A DNA stretch of 64,000 nt from Sphagnum compactum. Taxonomy: Eukaryota. The notes under the pieces are model-generated. The model had not been told where the DNA came from. It was given only the letters and a program-made list of their open reading frames with translations, and did not search any database. This document shows, one piece after another, positions 49,538-63,424 of the stretch. The position numbers and the translations under genes were made by a program. The stretch lies in the NCBI GenBank assembly GCA_965153455.1, contig OZ234493.1:25038213-25102212 (forward strand). The letters are read 5' to 3'. Each line of letters begins with the position of its first letter. Position 1 is the stretch's first letter.

Positions 49538-52500
49538 ATGATTGTGACACACTCTCAACAACATTGTGATGAAGAAAAAGAAGAAGAAGCTCACCTTCTG
49601 GATACTACTTCTACTACTACTACTACTGAAAGCATGATTCAGTTTGAAAGGGATGGACAATTGAGAGCGAGAAAAGGATTTGAGCTTTTTGGAGTAGAAA
49701 TGTCACCGGACACAGTTGCAATTGCCTTGGTGTACTTTGTACAGGGCGTTCTAGGACTTGCTCGACTAGCAGTTAACTTCTTCCTCAAAGATGACCTCCA
49801 TCTAGATCCTGCAGAGGTGGGTGGGTGGCTTTCTCTTCTCTTGATTCAAGCCCCCCAAAAAACAAAAAACTGTTGATATTTAGGTGAAGCTACTGATCTA
49901 GGATGTTGCTTACTACATGGGATAGCACTGAACCCAGCTCTTGAGGCACACATACATCACAGGGTTTAACTGCTGTTTTTTTCTGGTGACTGATGAGTGC
50001 AGGCAGCACTATTGTCGGGATTGTCTTCTCTCCCCTGGCTTATCAAACCTCTCTATGGTTTCATCAGGTAAAATGTAGGATGCAAGCTGCTCTGTGTCCA
50101 TCAGACTTCTGGACTTGTCAGAATGAACTGTACAAAAACAAAGGGAAATATGTCTATCTAGCCCATCAACAGATTGTTTTGAGCTTTGAGATGACCAACT
50201 GTGGTCAAGAGCACTTTGAGCTTGTACTTTTGTCCTCACAGCACCATCAGTCCTAACATTCATTGCTTGATCAGCTCCTTTGTCAAGTCTCGAGCTCTGA
50301 AGAGGGGGACCCAACAGGGCATGTAACCCAACAGTTGATGATGCAAAGGCTTGGGTATTTTGGAATGCAGTGATGGGATTCCCTTGTTTGGATACCGAAG
50401 ACGGTCATATTTAGTCCTCTGTGGCTTGCTGGGCACAGCCTCTTGGGCAGCACTTGCAACTTTAGTGGACAACAAGTATGCCGCCATGGCCACGATTCTT
50501 TTCAGCTCTCTGTCTGTTGCCTTCTCTGATGTTGTAAGTGTGGACTGAAACTTTTCACATTCACAAAGGGAAATTTTCCCCAGTGTGACAATCAACAGCA
50601 CAGGAAGCAGCAGCAGCAGCTTCAAAATGTGTCATGTTTCCAGACACTGGTGTCTATGAAAATGCAGATTCTGTGGTGATAGCTGCATGACTCACACTGG
50701 TGAAGAAGGTTGAGTATTTTGCAATGATTTTTGTCATGGGTGATGGGTGATTGGGGTCATTTGATGTTGAAGGTGGTTGATTCAATGGTGGTGGAGAGAG
50801 CACGAGGAGAATCACAAGGAACATCAGGCTCCCTTCAGTCACTTTGTTGGGGATCATCTGCAACTGGAGGAATAGTAAGCGCTTATTTCAGTGGATACTT
50901 TGTAGCAACTTATGGGGTGCGGTAAGATTTCAGATACGTTTCTAAATACTTCAATGTAGATTTGGTCAGTGCTCGACATTTCCAAACATCCTTGTACTCT
51001 GGATTTCAGATGTTTCTCAAGCCAATAATCCAGATGGAGTTCCATCAACAGAAAGCAACCATATTAGTTATTTCAAATGTCTGAACTTTATGCCACAAAT
51101 GTCCTTCATTGCAACACAAAGACCGGGCAAACTATGTCAGGTTGGACAGTTCGGATGTCATATATGATGTCAGTTGTCAGTGGGTGTGCTATTCTCTAGA
51201 ATATTGGCAGAATTGAACATCCACAGCATCATAGAACACCAAGGACATGGCATACTTGTGTTTCTATGGAGACAGGCACTGACCTCAAGAGAAAATGCCC
51301 ATGCAGGTTTGTATTCGGTGTTACAGCAATGTTACCTCTCATAACTGCGGCAGTTGCAGGCCTAGTTCATGAAGAGCGGTCCTCCCATGCCTCTTCAAGT
51401 ACGGCAGGTTTTTGGGACCCTGAAGCACAAGGGAATGTAGTGGAGGTTAAAGGCTCGGGTGGATTCTTGAAGACATCAAAACGGCAGCTGGGCTATTTGT
51501 GGCAGACTGTTAAGGAGCCAAACATATTTCTCCCTACTATCTTTATTTTTCTCTGGCAAGCAACTCCAACATCCGAGACAGCCATGTTTTTCTTCACGTA
51601 AGTATAGTTTTTATGTCACCCTCTCATCTTTTGTTCTTTCTTGAAGACAATTTCTTAATTGGCACAGACTCGTAGGATTTAGGGTTTAGGGTTTATGGAC
51701 AGTTTTTTTATGTGCTTATCTACACTGACTGTTGGGGGCTGACCCATTGTTGGTAATTGATAAGCTCAGTGGGTAGCAATGGCAGCTTGCCACTGCTACT
51801 CATGATGAAGTAAGAGGTCTGACACATTGTGAGCAACATGCATAAGGTTATGACCACTGCCACATTCATTGTCATCTTGTGTTTGTATTGTTGTTGCAGA
51901 GATTTCTTTATATCCTCTTAAGATATGTACACATGCATTAAGCGTATTGCATGTCATTACTCACCATGTCTCCCATCATGACATCTCCAATTGGTCATTT
52001 GCAACCGCCCAGTGACATAGTAGGTTGCCTATGATTGACAATATAAAGTGCTACTTGCTGTGTGATTCCAGGACAAACAGACTAAAGTTTGGGCCAGAGT
52101 TTCTGGGGCGTGTACGACTCGTGACAGCTGTGGCATCTCTCGTGGGAGTTGGTATCTACAATAGCTACTTAAAGCATGTCTCACTACAGAAGATGTTCTT
52201 TTGGTCTACCATTGTTGGCACCAGTCTTGGCCTGACTCAGGTGAGAGATCCACGATCTGTGGAACTTAGTCATGTCATCATGTCATGTCTGGGGTTTTGA
52301 ATGTGAAAAAACTAAGGGTACCTGTCACCACGTTTCAGCACTCCCTTGGGGACTAAACATATGTATTTTGTTTGTTTTCTAGTTAATGCTTGTTACAGGG
52401 ATGAATCGGATCCTTGGTATCAGTGATCAGTGGTTCTCAATTGGAGATTCACTCGTCCTCACAGTTCTTGGTCAGGTACAAACTTCCTTCAGGCTTTGAT

Positions 52501-53037
52501 TAAATGTAATTGCAAGATTGAAATTAGCCTGTAGCTTTAGGTGTTTTCTGAGTCACCCTAGTTGCTACTGATGGTCCTGATTGCCAATTCACATACTTGA
52601 ATATCCCCACCACAGGGGTCTGCATCAAATTTCGTCTCTCATATATCTTCTCAGCTGACCTTCTGCTCCGTGAAAATCCAAACTATTTTTCTTGCCACAA
52701 GATTTTTGAGTCATTTGAATGAAAATTGCAGGTTTCCTTTATGCCAATCCTGGTGCTTGCAGCCAGGCTATGTCCACCTGGAGTTGAGGCAACATTGTTT
52801 GCGACTTTGATGTCCATCAGCAATGGGGCGAGTGTGACTGGTGGGTTCTTGGGTGCGGGCCTCACAAGACTTCTGGGTGTGACCGGCAACAATTTTCAAA
52901 ACTTGGCATTGCTTGTGCTTTTATGCAATCTGTCATCCCTGCTGCCACTACCCTTCTTAGGTCTACTGCCGTCAGAGACTGAACTGCAAGCCACAGTGGA
53001 GAAGGCAGAGAAAGCACTTGGTTCTAAAAAAGAGTGA
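49538..53037 (+). CDS. Folate-biopterin transporter (BT1/FBT, MFS), ~504 aa; start codon uncertain
   Basis: Exons 49538-49816, 50003-50067, 50371-50533, 50773-50921, 51307-51597, 52072-52240, 52383-52475, 52732-53037 (1515 nt in frame). Motifs [121 protein letters not shown] are typical of the cyanobacterial-type plastid FBT. Confidence 0.9.
51673..51698 (+). repeat. Short interstitial plant telomeric repeat in FBT intron 5
   Basis: TAGGA TTTAGGG TTTAGGG TTTATGG. Confidence 0.6.
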
Positions 53038-56000
53038 TAAAATTTGATTTGCACTAGTACATGCTAGATGCCTTTGCAGTCATCATCATTGCATCACAGA
53101 AAGTGGTACATGCGGAGGATGCCTTCTTTTGCACATGAGTTTCTGGCATGTTTGCTACATTGTTTTGTAGTCTGTGTTGTTTCTTCATTCATGGATCCTC
53201 TGCAGGGCCACCAACAAAATTCGCTAGTGTAGACCTTGTAGCAGATTGGATTCAGCAGGAATAGAATTTATGAGTTTCTACATAGGATTAGGTTGTGATA
53301 TTGGAACAACATGTCAACAAGTTGGATTCTATCACTAGAAGTAAAAACTTTTGGAGCCCATATGAATAAGTTATGAAATTCTGAAGTTGAGAAGTAGGGT
53401 GCACCAGACGCGATTCATAGGACCTCTTGGGATTAACTATAACCAGCCCTATGCTTACATTCAAAAGATGCATATTAGTAACTGATTTTATAGAAGTTAC
53501 CTCAATAAGATACCAAATCCAGTATTAGAACATGTTGCAGAATGATGTAACCTTTGTAGGCTTTGTTTTGCTTAGATCTGGAAAGTTGGCTCTAGGTGGC
53601 TGGCTATACTGGTGGGGTGCAATTTAGTGCAAAGTTGTATGAAATTAGTAACCATTTATGTGACAATTATAAAACAATTGCATACTTTGACGATAAATAA
53701 GAGGGGAAGCATGTCTATGTCAAAGGATTATAATATATTAGAGATCTCTGAAAAGTCATCCTGTCTTTCAACCTGTCTTTGGGTTCCCTTTCACTCACTA
53801 ACCCCTCTTTTAGTGGTATCTGAAAAGTAATGAAATCTTATTAAATCTCAGTATGAAATGCTGAAACTCAGCATTTAATGCACAAGGTTCGAAAGGAATT
53901 ATAGTAGCTGTACAGGTAGGAGCAGTGAAAATCTATGTAGCAGCAGTGGAGCCGCTCAGGTGAAAAGAAAGACGGTCAGAAAACCATCAATGATGGTTTT
54001 GATGGTTTTCTCAGTTTCATCCCCCCCTTGAATGCCAATGTACATTCAAGGCATTTTTGGCAGGTATTTTTTGAATCTCACCCTGTGTATGACCAAACTC
54101 AGGGTACTGGTGCTGTCTTTCCCTGACTTTACAGATATCTCTATTGGGTGACAATTTTGAGAATTGTAGCACATTTACAAAAACCAATACTAGTTTTATG
54201 TGTCTCTTTCTCATTGGACATTCATGCCTCAGCTATATCACATAGTAGGATAACTATAGCATTCTTGGACCTAGGTGTCACTTTACATCCATAACCTGAT
54301 CAGCATGTGGATCCATCATGACCCCAATACACTGGTTATGTAATAACGAGTCAGCTTCATGCCAAGACTATTCAGGGTAACCAGCAAGCTCAAATGGATT
54401 ACCTAGTCCACAATGCAGTGCTTTACTTGCCATGTGTGTCCTAAGCTATCCAGGGTAGATGATTGTTGGGACATTTGGGGAACTTGTGCACTTGTGGGTT
54501 ACATTTGGGCTTTAAAAAATATTTCTGGTGATATTAGTATGAACAAATATAAGGCAGAAACATACATAGGTGAAATCACAACATGAAACAAAATTTAACT
54601 AAGTTGAAGCAAGCTTAAACATTAATAAGATTGATGAGTGATGATGTTAGTGAATTTGGTTAAAGCCAACAACATCAACAAGCTTGCTAGCTATGGTAAC
54701 AAACCTGATAATGATGGGAACTAGTTTCATAAAGATGGTGTGTTTCAAAATGTGGGATTGTGTTTTCAAAATGAAAAAATCTCTTGGATTGGATGATTAC
54801 AATTGGGCTAACCTATACCAAATAGCTTAACCTACCTAACTTGAGCTTGTGTGGTACTTTATACTACAACACCTACCCTAACCTATAATACTTACTCTCT
54901 TTAACTCTTCATCCACCTTTGAGTGGTTAGGTCATCCATCTTGATAAGTTGGCACCAATGTAGGTTTTGGTTCACCCAAGGCTAAATCAAAGAAGGAATT
55001 CGAAAAGGAAAAATATTGGCTCTATTTAAAAACCAAACACATCCATCCACAAACAATGAAAATAAGTCTAAAATATGTGGCATATGAAATAATAATCTAA
55101 AAAGAGGAATACATTTGTGTTTTATGGTGTGATAAAGTTCAAACCATCCAAAACATGGATCAAAAAAATCTTAACAACTAAATTCTTTCCTATTTATGAA
55201 TTGAGATTCATCATCGTGGTCTTTTTTTTTGTTGTGCCCCATTACCCCACCAATCTTTGGTTATAATTGGAGGTTAATTATTAAAAATAGAATATGCAAT
55301 AAAATCATGGTGCTTTTGAATCTTTGCTTAAAGGTTTGATCTAATGTTGTGTGTGTTGTGTGCATTTGTTTATAATAACCTTACCTTGTTTCAACCCTTG
55401 TGTTATTCCTTCTTATGTGCACACCCAAACAAAACTTATATTAGATTTGTGTCATCTAATTCCATTTAAACTCATATCTTCTTTTGTTCCAATTTTCCAT
55501 TTGTCACACTAAACCATTGCTTTGCACATTCCTCAAATATTGGCAATTATAAAATTTTCAAACTATTGCCCAACTAATTTACCACCCTCCCCCCGCCCCC
55601 CTGTCGTGCAAAAATTGTCACAATATGATAAAATCTTATCTTATAAAACATTGGGTTAATAAATAATATCAATATCCCAAAACATTCCAAAAATCTAATG
55701 GAGATTGTAATTATTACGTATATGACGCATGAGCTTTGAAAAATACATATGAAGCAAAATTGTCATCAATAGTGCTTACAATGATGGTAATAATCCAAAG
55801 GGTTATATTGGTTACAAATGTCAAAATAGACCCATCATTGTTGGTAGAAATTTGGCACAATTTTCCTTAAATCAAATAACAACACAATTAATTTGCAAAA
55901 AAATCCACTTAAAAGCAATGGAAATTAATGTGCATCTAAAAAATTAACGACTATGAAAAACATGCTTACACAACATATTGAACAAAACACAATATCATCA

Positions 56001-58049
56001 AGCTTAACAAAAGCTCACATACATGCTTAGTTTCATAATCACATAAGTCATTTCCTTTGAAGGTAGACATCTTATTTAGGCTAAAAAGAACCAATCCAAT
56101 CCCGTGTGTGTGTGTGTTTATATATATATATGATCTTGCATCACCACCTTAATCCTCTTCACAATATTTAATTTAACAAACATGACCTTCATAAACAAAT
56201 AAAATCTCAATTTGTATAAAATTTTAAAGTTGTGACATAAAAGTCAACATTTAATAACAGTTATATGAGTTTCACCTCAAAAAATAGCCATATGCACTAC
56301 AATTGATTAACAATTGTAGTTCAAAGAATCTTAAATTAGGTCTAAATCAACAATGTCTCAACAATCTAAGACAATTTGAAATGTTTCAAAACGTTTGCTT
56401 AATCCTTAAAACTTATCATGTTTACAAATCATTGGCCCATTCATCAAAGCTTTTGTTTTGATTCCATATTAGCACTTAGACATAAAGCTATCATCAAAGG
56501 CAACTATAATTATGAGTTCATTTATCATTAACATCTTATGAGTTCATTATCATGGCTTTTGTTTCAATTCCTCGAACTATTGTTAGAACCTCGCTTGCTA
56601 GTTCAACTCTTTTGTACAACTCTTTCATGAGACCCACACAAAGTTTCCTTAAATCTTTAAAGTCCGAATCCAAAGATTGATGCATCATAACAAAACCAAA
56701 AGCATTGGTGGTCACCTCACACAACTTCAAAAAATGCTCCTATAGGACTTGGTACAAACAAAGGCAATACAAAACGTTTTATTTGAGCATCGATTAATTT
56801 GCACATGATTAATGAAGAAAGTGAAAACAAAACAAATTATTTTTGCCAACAATTCCCCTTGCAAACAAAAACAAAAGAAGAACACCAAAGGGTGAACTTC
56901 AAAACTACATAAAGGATTTGAAGGGCTAATTCTAAACACTTTTCAAGCTTCTTATATTTGTAAAAGTTTGAAAAAAATTGCAATTTTGAAGGAAGTGCTA
57001 GTGTCACCAAAACAAGGGTGCACACAAGTTTGTATACACATTGATCACAATAAAATAATGTTTAAGTGCATCAATACAACAAACATAAAAAATACACAAC
57101 CAATGTAACAATATTGCATATGTTTATAACTCAGTGACAAAATGACTCTATGGACTTTGACGGATCAACATGCTCCAGAATTCCTCCCTTTGTGGACTAT
57201 CATGGCCTTATATTAAGGTATCTTTACAACAAACAAGTTTTACACATAGTCTTCCCAGAATCCCAATAGAAATATTGGTTTGGAAATGGTAAATATATGG
57301 ACAAGCAATGTTTGTAATGGTCTTTTCAAAATTTCCCAAGAACTTCCCATTACAGAGAACTTATTTTCAAACATTCAAGTACTTAGTCTTTCCGATGTCC
57401 CAACATAATTCTCAAGCACGTTCAACTTAAATAGGAACCCCATTAAGGCCAATCCAATCAACCCCTTTGAGCCTCTCAACACTTCCATCATAAAAACTCT
57501 ACTGACACATTAACTCTTAATGTTATGCTCGTTAGCTTTAGCACAACAGAAATCCTAAAGCAAACACGAGTAACCTAGTTAAAATCACAAGCTTTAGGCA
57601 TTCCTTTTGAAAGCTTCCAAACAACAAAACCAAATTGAGATGAATTTGAGTTTAAAAAACCAATGTGTTTAGCTTGAGTCATCATCAGGTATTTATTTCC
57701 TCTCCCCACCAAACACATTTTTCCCTCATTTAGTAATTTTGCATCATCTTCCTCACACAACTAAAGAAAATCCAAGAAACAACACTTCGTCACCAACTTT
57801 TGACGTGGGTGTCGGCATTCCATGAAGAACAACACACCAAATTCCATAACCTATAAACAACAAAAACACAAGGAAATAACAAAGACATCAAAAAGCAAAA
57901 TGCAGCTCCTTTAAAGTTCATGATCACCAACCGTCCCCTTTCTTGGTGTTTTTTGCCAATACATCCATCAACATAGTAAATCATTCATTAGGGCAATATC
58001 ACCCCACTTCATTTGGTTAGGGCTTCGTCATCCAAAAAATTTGTGGACA

Positions 58050-59125
58050 CAAATTTTGTTGCCATGCTTATGCGATAAACTGGTGTATGATATTATAATC
58101 TTGACATAAAACATAAAATTCTTTCATCGATTCATTGCCCTTATTTGTAAGAATCTACTTCGACATTCCAAATCAACATATAATTTCATCTTCAAGGAAT
58201 ATGGGTACAATAACTACATCATGCTCTTTCACATGACATGTTTCACACCACTTGGAATAGTGGTCAATAACAATAAGAACATATTTATTGCCATTAGATT
58301 ATTAGGCAAAATCTTGCAATATCAATAACCATTCAATAAAAAAGATCACACATACGTATGCTCTTCATACCTTCCATTCTAGACCTCATATTGCCAGTTT
58401 GTTTGGCCAATTGGCATATATCACAAACGTTCACAAGCTCTTTAACATAATATGTCCTAACATGCCAAAAAAACCGTTTTTTAATTTTAGCAAACATCCT
58501 TGCGTCACCAAAATGTCCAATCTCATCGTGCATATTTTTCATTATTACAAATATGTCGTCCAGTTTAGGAACCATTAAGTTTTAAAAATATAATGTATCC
58601 TCCTGCTGGTGATATCTCATCATTTTTTTGTTTTGCCGTCTCAATATCAACAAGAGTGCATGCATTTATGTTTAATGAACCACGAGTGAGTAATGTCATA
58701 CTCAAAGGATCTACCGAAATGTCTAAACAGTAGTTTTGTTCGTCCCCATCCATCTGTGGTTAAATAATAATGTTGGTCTTGGCTTGATCAACCAAGGTTT
58801 GTGCTTCATGGGCCAGATTTTAGTAATCTTATACAATGTATTTTGGTCCTTATTATTCAACATTCTTCCTTTGATCATGTCCCTCATCTTGGTATCAAAA
58901 TGATTTATTTTCCTTTCTAAGTTTGGACCTCAATGTGGTCTGGTGTTGCATCCCCTTCCATCACAATGAAAAGATTGTTGATAATTTCACTACCCTTAGT
59001 GGACATGGAAACCTCTTGTGCAATCCTATTTAAATCCTGAATCTCACTTCGAAAGTCTTCATGAGCTTCATACTTGCCAACCGGGTTTTTGCTCAATGCA
59101 TCCACATTTGTCCACCAAAAGAGTA
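58050..59125 (-). mobile_element. Degenerate Ty3/gypsy LTR-retrotransposon pol fragment (RNase H end - integrase)
   Basis: Minus strand gives TNVDALSKNPV (RNase H end), then MHDEIGHFG...FFW...VNVCDICQ (HHCC zinc finger), then SNGNKYVLIVIDHYSKWCE...FLEDEIIC*FG...ILTNKGNE (rve core). RNase H before integrase is the gypsy order. Many stops. Confidence 0.85.
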
Positions 59126-59255
59126 AGCGGCTCAATTTACTTGGCAATTGTGAATATATATTTTAAAATATTCAAAAAGTTACAATTGAAACATAGTCAA
59201 AGATGACATCATGTCGAAGGCGAGTTGGTTGAAAAAGAGGGGTTATCTATTAGTG

Positions 59256-59721
59256 ATTCAATTGGCAATAGATGAAGGTAATTCATTCAACCTGACACAT
59301 TTTAACAAATTAAGTTCCTTGAATGCATGAAAGGCCAATAAACATAAGTAATTCCTCCAAGTTCGTATGTTCCCACAATTAGAACTTTTGAAGTGCATTT
59401 AATTTGCCAATGTACATGTAAGTAATTCTTGCAAGTTGAAACATTCACACAAATCAAGATTTTAAAGTGCATTCAATGACCAATAGATGAAAATAATGTT
59501 TTGAAATTGGAACACCTTAACAAATGAAGCTTTTGGAATGTACTCAATTGGCCAATAGTTGAAAATAGTTATTTCAAATTGGACACGTTGACAAATGAAA
59601 GACTTTGAATGCATTCAATTTGCCAATAGATGAATATTTCTTTCACGATGCTCTCGAGTTGGAGAAGTCTTATAAGTAAAGATCTGGAATGCATTCAATT
59701 GGCCAGTAGATGAAGGTAGTT
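59256..59721 (-). pseudogene. Heavily decayed LRR repeats (~6 x 72 bp), continuation of the 63425-64000 array
   Basis: Repeated plus-strand motif GCATTCAATTGGCCAATAGATGAAGGTA(G/A)TT...AAGTTGGAACAC, which is minus-strand LPSSIGQLNAL, with indels and stops. Confidence 0.8.
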
Positions 59722-62700
59722 CACTAATAAAAATTCCCCCATTTTGCAACTATGTTTTCAACTAGCATTCAATTACAAACCAAGTCGAAAACTACACATA
59801 TAATTGCAACTTGTTTTTTGCAATTGGTAACCAATAATGTCAACAAGTACAAGTCGAGAATGAAATTTAGTCAAAGGTGTATGCCACGTGTCAACACCAT
59901 AACAATAGCTACTACATGCCACTGTTTGCCAATTTAGTTGAAAATTGTACCAATTTAGTTGAGGGATGATTCAACTAGATTCGACTAGTGAATGAACTTC
60001 ATCTGCTAACTGGGCGTGACGTCACCCGAAAATAAAATTACAATTTTAATTATGTTGTAACTATGTAAACTGAACACTTGGCTAGTTGTTTGGTATAGTC
60101 ACAATGTTAAGGTCAACAAATAGTTAAATGACACTTGGCACATCCACATCAATAGGTTAAGCCACATGGTGCTTAATCATAGGTTAGGTTTAAACCTAGG
60201 TCTTAGGCTAAACCTATACATAGGCCATTCAACTTAGGATTAAATTAAGGTTGGACCTAGACACCTATGCTAGACCTAGACTTAGGCCATGTGGTAATTA
60301 TAAATGAAATTATATTTCATTTGGTTGAACCTTTAGGGTTGAAGCATTTTAATTGGATCATCCCAAATGACTATTACATTTTCATATTTATCATGTTTTC
60401 CAACAATCTTAATGCACTCCTTTAAATAGTTTGGATTCATGGAATGGAAGCCAAATAATTGGGATAAAAAAATTAGTTATAACCTAGTTGTAATCCAATT
60501 ACAACCTAATTGCAAGTCAAATAGTTGTAATCTAGTTATATAAGTTAGTTTAAGCTTAATTTTACGCCTAGGTTTAAAGTAATAATCTACCTAGCCTAAG
60601 TTCAGTTAGTTACTTTCATTACTGGTGATAATTATTTATCAATTATTTTTAATTGTATAGTTGTATAAGTAAACAATTAAACATATTTCCATCATATTAA
60701 ATAATATGGTGATTAGTTAGTTTAAAAGAAAATCAGCGATTAAATGTAATTGTCTTTAAAAAAAAAGTATTAATTATTATTGAATATTTTTGAAATTCCA
60801 AATCCATTAGAACTTTTTTTCAATATTTCATAAAACAACTAATTTACTCAAATATAAATATTCAATAATAATTTTTAAATGAAAATTTAATTAAATTAAT
60901 TATTAAAATATAATGATAAATAATAATTGGCTATAATAACAAAAAAAACATTAATAATACTATTGTAGCTAATAGTTAGGCTAGGCTAGTTAAGTATTTA
61001 ACTCTTATTATTCATATATTTCTCTGCCTTATTGGAACTATGATGAATTAATATAATAGAGGTTAAGTAAGAAAAATATAACAAAAATAAATCTTAAAAC
61101 ATAGTAATGTTAAATGAAAATAATCTCTTAAATTATATAATAATTTATTAAATATATATTTCTAATTATTTCAATCATTTTTATAATTTAATCATAAATA
61201 AATAATAAAATATTGGTAAATAAAATGAAAACATGAAAAACTTATTGGAACCAATAGCCAACACGAGAGAAAAAATTGAAATTCTAAAAAGTATTAATAA
61301 TGTATCATTACATGATATGTTGTAAACTAAAATTGATTTACATGGAAATAATAAATTACAAATGTACTGAACATATTCCAAAAAAATATTAATTAAGCCT
61401 CATTACTTGATATGTTGTAAATTAAAATTGAATCTACATAGAAATAATATATTATGCATGTATTGAACGTACACATAATTAAATTGACTTATATTTCCAA
61501 AATTTCTTAAATTCTATTTTCAAATTAAAGTGTAATATTTATATGCACAAAAAATTTCCTATTACATAACCAATGAACCATTCATGTATACAAAAAACAT
61601 TTACATGGATCTTAATAATTAATGAATTTATATTTTATTTTAAATATATATTAAGACATCATATGTATGAAAATGAATGAACATTACAGTTCCACAAAAT
61701 TATTAATTATGTATCATTTCTTGATTTTTTGTATATTAACACTTGATTACAAAGAAATAATAAATTACATATATTGAACATTCATTATTACAAACTCATA
61801 TTTCATAAATTCTTTAAATTTTATTTTGAAATTACATATTTATATGCACAAAAATTATTTGCATCATACATTCATTTGATACAAAAAAAACTTACATGTA
61901 TTTTAATCTATTTATGAAGGTAGATAATTTGTTTTTTTTTGTTTTATTATGTTGAGATTTTTTGAACTAAATTGCTTCATGCAATGCTATTCATATATTT
62001 GAAAACCTAACAATGAGTAGGGTGCATTGACTTGGTTTGAGAATTTTTGGAGCTACGATGCAAAGGTTATTGATTATTGAATCATTTTCTTGGTAAACCT
62101 TAATAAAATTATAAATAAAAAATGTATTTGAATCTAAGGGTTTACTTGGTGCTGTTGGAAAATAATTGATGAATCAAATTTAATGAAGTTTATTTAATAA
62201 TTTTCACATTTAAGGTGCGGAAAAGATTGAATTTTGAATGAATCTTGTTTTTGAAAATTCAATCAATTTTTTTTTAAATGGGTTTAGAAGGGAAAATGAA
62301 TTGAGTGTGTTCACACTTGGGGCCATCAACACATGTTACATTATTCATTCATGAAGGAAGGTAGTTTGTTTTGTTTTTTCACAATGAAATCTCCCAAACC
62401 ATAGCATTTTACGTTATGCTATGGGACATATCATCATAAAGTTTTCAATGAGTAGGGGTGCACCAACTTGGTTTAAAATGTTTGGAGTTATGGTGTGGAA
62501 TTTATCCATTATTGAAGCATGTTTTCATTGAATTTATTAAAAAAACCAATATTGAAAACTATGTTGGAATATGGGGGCTTTCTTGCTATTATTGGAAAGC
62601 CCTCACCAAGTTTGATTTAATAATGTTGATTCCATAATTTTGAGACCTAAAATGGGAACTATATTATTGAAGTATTAGTGGGTATTGTTGTTATAAATTC

Positions 62701-63424
62701 AAACAAATTACAAAAAGGGGTTAGGAAGGTAAATTCAATTGAATGCATTCAAACTTGGGCCAATGACATAAGGTACATTAGTGTTTAATGAGTTTTTATC
62801 ATAATTTTAAACAAATATTAAGATATCATGTATATAAAAATGAATAAACATTAGAGTTGCACAATATTATTAGTTATGTATTAGTACTTGATATGTTTTA
62901 ATGATGTACGTAAAAATAATAAATCACATGTGTATTGAACATAAACATTATTACTAACATATATTTAGAATTTCCTAAATTTTATTTTGGAATTAAAATT
63001 TAATATTTATATGCAAGAAAAAAACCATTCATTTGTACAAATAAAATTTACATGAAAGTTAATGTTATTATAATTTTAAATGAAAATGAAAATTAAAGTT
63101 GCCTACTAATTGTTTAACCTAGTTGAAATAAATAGTTACAAACAAAACTACATTTGATTTGTCCTTTAATACATTTTATCATCCATATATGTGTGTTGTT
63201 GGTGTCATTAAAATAATTGAACATTAATCAATGTTTTGACTATATGCCAATTAAAGAACCTTAGATGCCAAAAATATTTTTAAAATGACACTTTCCTGAA
63301 AACATGTTTCACATTGTTTATCAACATACTTGAGTATTCAACTTGTAGACATTGTTGATGTTGAGAATATTCGGTAATTGACCAACTAGTTGAAAAATGT
63401 TTTCGACTATGTACCAATATAGTA
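59722..63424. mobile_element. CACTA-like non-autonomous insertion (~3.7 kb) splitting an LRR repeat
   Basis: Begins CACTAATAAAAATTCCCCC (59722) and ends TAGTA (63420-63424, 1 mismatch from TAGTG). Subterminal TTTTCAACTAG / CTAGTTGAAAA motifs are in inverted orientation. Flanks GTT / ATT; the LRR unit resumes almost in register on both sides. Confidence 0.6.
61917..62783 (+). repeat. Tandem dimer of a ~435-bp interspersed repeat nested in ~280-bp AT-rich direct repeats
   Basis: GAAGGTAG...TTTGTTTT, CAATGAGTAGGG(G)TGCA...ACTTGGTTT, and terminal ACTTGGG(G)CCA...ACATTA each occur twice (61917-62343, ~62358-62783). Flanks 61300-61900 and 62800-63060 are related direct repeats. Confidence 0.65.

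Noticed and set aside
13176..53037. Functional cluster of plastid/stress genes (NCH1-like, HSP90C, DRT102, FBT)
   Set aside because: No shared pathway is established and the genes are separated by TE-rich spacers. Co-location is expected by chance without co-expression or synteny data.
53980..54010. Small palindrome AAAACCATCA-A-TGATGGTTTT with partial duplication
   Set aside because: Could be an excision or repair footprint but is too short to distinguish from chance.
56350..57990. Short minus-strand ORFs left of the gypsy fragment
   Set aside because: Probably TE debris, but no identifiable motif allows a family assignment.
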